From Actinomycetota bacterium (GTDB taxonomy: Bacteria > Actinomycetota > UBA4738 > CALAEC01), in the NCBI GenBank assembly GCA_050693165.1, contig JBOGVX010000231.1, positions 1-38,729 on the forward strand: a stretch of DNA of 38,729 bases, read 5' to 3'. Every line of letters begins with the position of its first letter. Positions within the stretch are counted from its first letter, which is position 1. The translations under genes and the position numbers were made by a program. The notes under the pieces were generated by a model. The model was not told where the DNA came from, searched no databases, and saw nothing but the letters and a program-made list of their open reading frames with translations. Below are positions 36,436 to 38,729 of this stretch, in pieces.

Positions 36436-38196
36436 TTACCGTTCGGCGGCGGAAGCGTCCACCGGGCAGATCGTGATGCGGCTGGGGAACCGCACGATCA
36501 GCGTGGCTCGTCCGACGATCATCTCGTCCATGGCGGTATTAATGAACCAGGTCTCGCCGGCGCCGACCTCGAAGCGTTCGCCGTAGTCGGGCCGGAGCTC
36601 TCCCGCGGATAGCAGGAACTCGAGCTCGAGTGCGTCGGTCGTGTGCACGCCAAGCGACGAGCTCTCGAACGCGGGCACCAAGAGACGGGGCTGAGACCCA
36701 TCAGCAGAGGCCTCCGCGCATCCATCCGCACCGACGACCAGCGAAGCGTGGAACGCTCGGAGCCCGGAGACAGGCACGGATGATTGGAACGACGGCTCGG
36801 AGGTCAACGAGAACTGCAGGGCAAGAGCCGCCCGGGTCAGCGCTTCCCGGCTCGGTGTCACCCCGCGCGGAAGCCTCGGTAGCAACAGCTCGAGCTCGAC
36901 CAGATCGAGGTCCGGTGAGTAGACGGGCTCCGGGCGATCGCGCAGGAGTTCGGCGGCGGCGAAGACGGTACCGGCGGCCACGATCTGCTCGCGGATCAGC
37001 CGCTCGCGGTCGGCCTGAAGGCTCGCCTTGTGCACCAGCTCGCGGCCGTTCTGGACCGCCCAGGGCACCGCCACGGCGGCCACGAGGAACGTCGCGACCA
37101 GGCGACGCCCCGCCAGGTCCGAGACCCCGATCAACGAGAGCGGCAGGAACAGAGCCGCGCCGATGTAGACGTATCGTGAGGACTCGGCCAGCTCGACCCC
37201 CAGAGGGGCTCTTGCAACGGCCAGCAGGACGGTGACAAGGAGCCCGCCCGCAGCGCTCGCAAGGGCCGCCGTCGGCATCGACCGGCCGGCCCGATGGCGG
37301 ATCACCAGGGAACCCACGGTCAGCGCCAGGGCGAACACTCCCACCAGCGGCGTCCCGGTCCCCCATGACAACACCGCACCGAGGCCCCGCCCGACGAACT
37401 GCGGGAACAGGCGCAGGGAGTCGGAGGTGATCGAGGGGTGTGCCGTGACGGAGACACTGCCGGCCAGAGCGAACCACGCGAGGAACGCGGCGATCGGCAC
37501 CGAGATCGTCACCAGGGCCGCGAGGAAGCCCCGTCGGAGCCACGCCGCCAGGCCGGCCATCCCGATCAGCGGCACCGAGATCCCCGAGAAGGTCAAGCCC
37601 AAGACGCCGACGCCCCAACCGGCGACGTCGCGTCCGCCGAACCGCCCGTCGCGGTCGGCGAGCAGCACGAAGGCGAGTCCGAGCGCGACCGATCCGACGA
37701 AGCCGATCTGGAAGGCCCAGAGCAGGTCCTCCGCACCGGGTCCGAACGGGATGAACGCCGCGCAGAAGGCGGTGGCGATCCAGGGACCGACGCCGCCCCG
37801 GAGCATCACGCGCCACATCAGATGGACCACCGCGAGGTTCGCCAGGACCAACGCGGCGACATACGGCGCGTACGAGGATAGGCCCGTCAGCCGGAACAGC
37901 AGCCCGTAGATCAGCATCGGCGAGGTCGACCAGTGCTCGTTGTGGGGCTGGAACAGGCTGCCGGTGCCGACCCCAACCGAGCGGTTGGCAAGGAAGTCCC
38001 ATTCGTCCCCGAAGAACCACTGGTTCCGGTTGACGTACATGAGGAACAGCGCACCGACCAGCAGACTGACGATGTGCCAGATGAGGGGTGTTCCGAGCGG
38101 AAGCCTGAACCGGGGCGACCTCTGTCGACGTCCGCCGTCCGCCCCGGAGGGTGGACTCTCTAGATCAGGCCGCTCTTGACCGCGTCCCGGATCCAC
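36436..38196 (-). CDS. polytopic membrane protein, GT-C-like glycosyltransferase candidate, with ~190-aa soluble C-terminal domain
   Basis: About 10-12 hydrophobic helices by eye. The first loop has the acidic motif FFGDEWDF, as in GT-C first-loop D/E motifs. The GTG at 38196 is the only start before helix 1 and overlaps the epimerase gene by 37 nt. Confidence 0.72.
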   Translation of the reverse strand: MDPGRGQERPDLESPPSGADGGRRQRSPRFRLPLGTPLIWHIVSLLVGALFLMYVNRNQWFFGDEWDFLANRSVGVGTGSLFQPHNEHWSTSPMLIYGLLFRLTGLSSYAPYVAALVLANLAVVHLMWRVMLRGGVGPWIATAFCAAFIPFGPGAEDLLWAFQIGFVGSVALGLAFVLLADRDGRFGGRDVAGWGVGVLGLTFSGISVPLIGMAGLAAWLRRGFLAALVTISVPIAAFLAWFALAGSVSVTAHPSITSDSLRLFPQFVGRGLGAVLSWGTGTPLVGVFALALTVGSLVIRHRAGRSMPTAALASAAGGLLVTVLLAVARAPLGVELAESSRYVYIGAALFLPLSLIGVSDLAGRRLVATFLVAAVAVPWAVQNGRELVHKASLQADRERLIREQIVAAGTVFAAAELLRDRPEPVYSPDLDLVELELLLPRLPRGVTPSREALTRAALALQFSLTSEPSFQSSVPVSGLRAFHASLVVGADGCAEASADGSQPRLLVPAFESSSLGVHTTDALELEFLLSAGELRPDYGERFEVGAGETWFINTAMDEMIVGRATLIVRFPSRITICPVDASAAER

Positions 38197-38729
38197 GGGA
38201 CCACCTCGTCCAGCATCTGATCGAGAGACGTCGTGGCCTCGAAGCCCAGGATCCGCTTGGCCTTCTCCGTGGACGGGATGCGTCGCTGGACGTCGTGCTC
38301 GAATGGCGGGTCGCTCTCGTAGCGGAACGGGTCGTCGGGGCGCAGGCGCTTCCAGATCCTCTCGGCGAGCTCCAGGACGTTGGTGGACTCCGCCGTGGAC
38401 AGGTTGAAGTCATCGTTCTCGGCGTCGGGGTGCTCCATGGCCGTGACGATGCCGCGGGCGAGGTCGCCGCCGTAGGTGTAGTGCCGGACCTGGGAGCCCT
38501 CGCCCAGGATGTGGAGCGGGTCCTGGCCCTTGAGGGTCTTGAGGACGAGGTCGGGGACGACGTGGCTGAGGGCGAGCTTGACGTTGCCCGACATGACGTC
38601 CGAATCACGGCTCGCCCGGCGCTCCCCGATGCCCACGCAGTTGAACGGCCGGACGATCGAGTAGGGCATGCCGTACTGCTGCAGGGCGCCCTTCGCGAAG
38701 TACTCCGAGGCGAGCTTCTGGAAGCCGTA
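38160..38729 (-). CDS. NAD-dependent epimerase/dehydratase (extended SDR), C-terminal 189 codons (5' end beyond window end)
   Basis: The frame is open to the window edge. It begins YGFQKLASEYF (YxxxK catalytic motif), continues with PYSIVRPFNCVGIGE and ends ...VPWIRDAVKSGLI. Confidence 0.88.
   Translation of the reverse strand, partial: YGFQKLASEYFAKGALQQYGMPYSIVRPFNCVGIGERRASRDSDVMSGNVKLALSHVVPDLVLKTLKGQDPLHILGEGSQVRHYTYGGDLARGIVTAMEHPDAENDDFNLSTAESTNVLELAERIWKRLRPDDPFRYESDPPFEHDVQRRIPSTEKAKRILGFEATTSLDQMLDEVVPWIRDAVKSGLI

Overview
GC-rich, gene-dense bacterial chromosomal segment. Third codon positions are almost all G/C. Gene content and style look Actinomycetota-like: many GTG starts, GGAGG-type Shine-Dalgarno sites and 1-4 nt start/stop overlaps. 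All family assignments are by eye from motifs, with no database search. I call 37 protein-coding genes, two of them cut by the window edges. I see no rRNA, tRNA, CRISPR array, transposase or integrase.

Content:
(i) Acyl-CoA / ethylmalonyl-CoA-type metabolism genes are scattered through the window: a ccr fragment, pccB plus an epsilon-like ORF, an Ecm/MeaA-type B12 mutase, hbd, an acyl-CoA dehydrogenase, a short citrate-synthase-like citryl-CoA lyase and an amidohydrolase.
(ii) A regulator island (8985-14113) surrounds a secreted subtilase. It holds a PAS histidine kinase with an apparent frameshift, two LuxR-type response regulators (one with Glu at the phospho-acceptor position) and an XRE-MEDS fusion.
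(iii) Two adjacent very large secreted proteins (17100-23638) have unrelated heads, one M23 peptidase-like and one BNR/Asp-box propeller. They share a ~375-aa C-terminal module that ends in a highly conserved 137-aa domain of unknown family.
(iv) A tightly coupled operon (28814-32629) encodes two thiolase-fold proteins that both appear to lack the thiolase Cys/His catalytic residues, plus a VOC protein and two DUF35 Zn-ribbon/OB proteins.
(v) An envelope-type operon (32700-38729) encodes an SDR epimerase, a GT-C-like membrane protein, a Pat-like GNAT, a trypsin-like protease and two small exported proteins. One of these carries three 21-aa tandem repeats.

The best candidates for something undescribed are the shared terminal module of the two giant exoproteins and the Cys-less thiolase/DUF35 complex. 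Long antisense ORFs in the track are rejected as GC-driven shadow frames.
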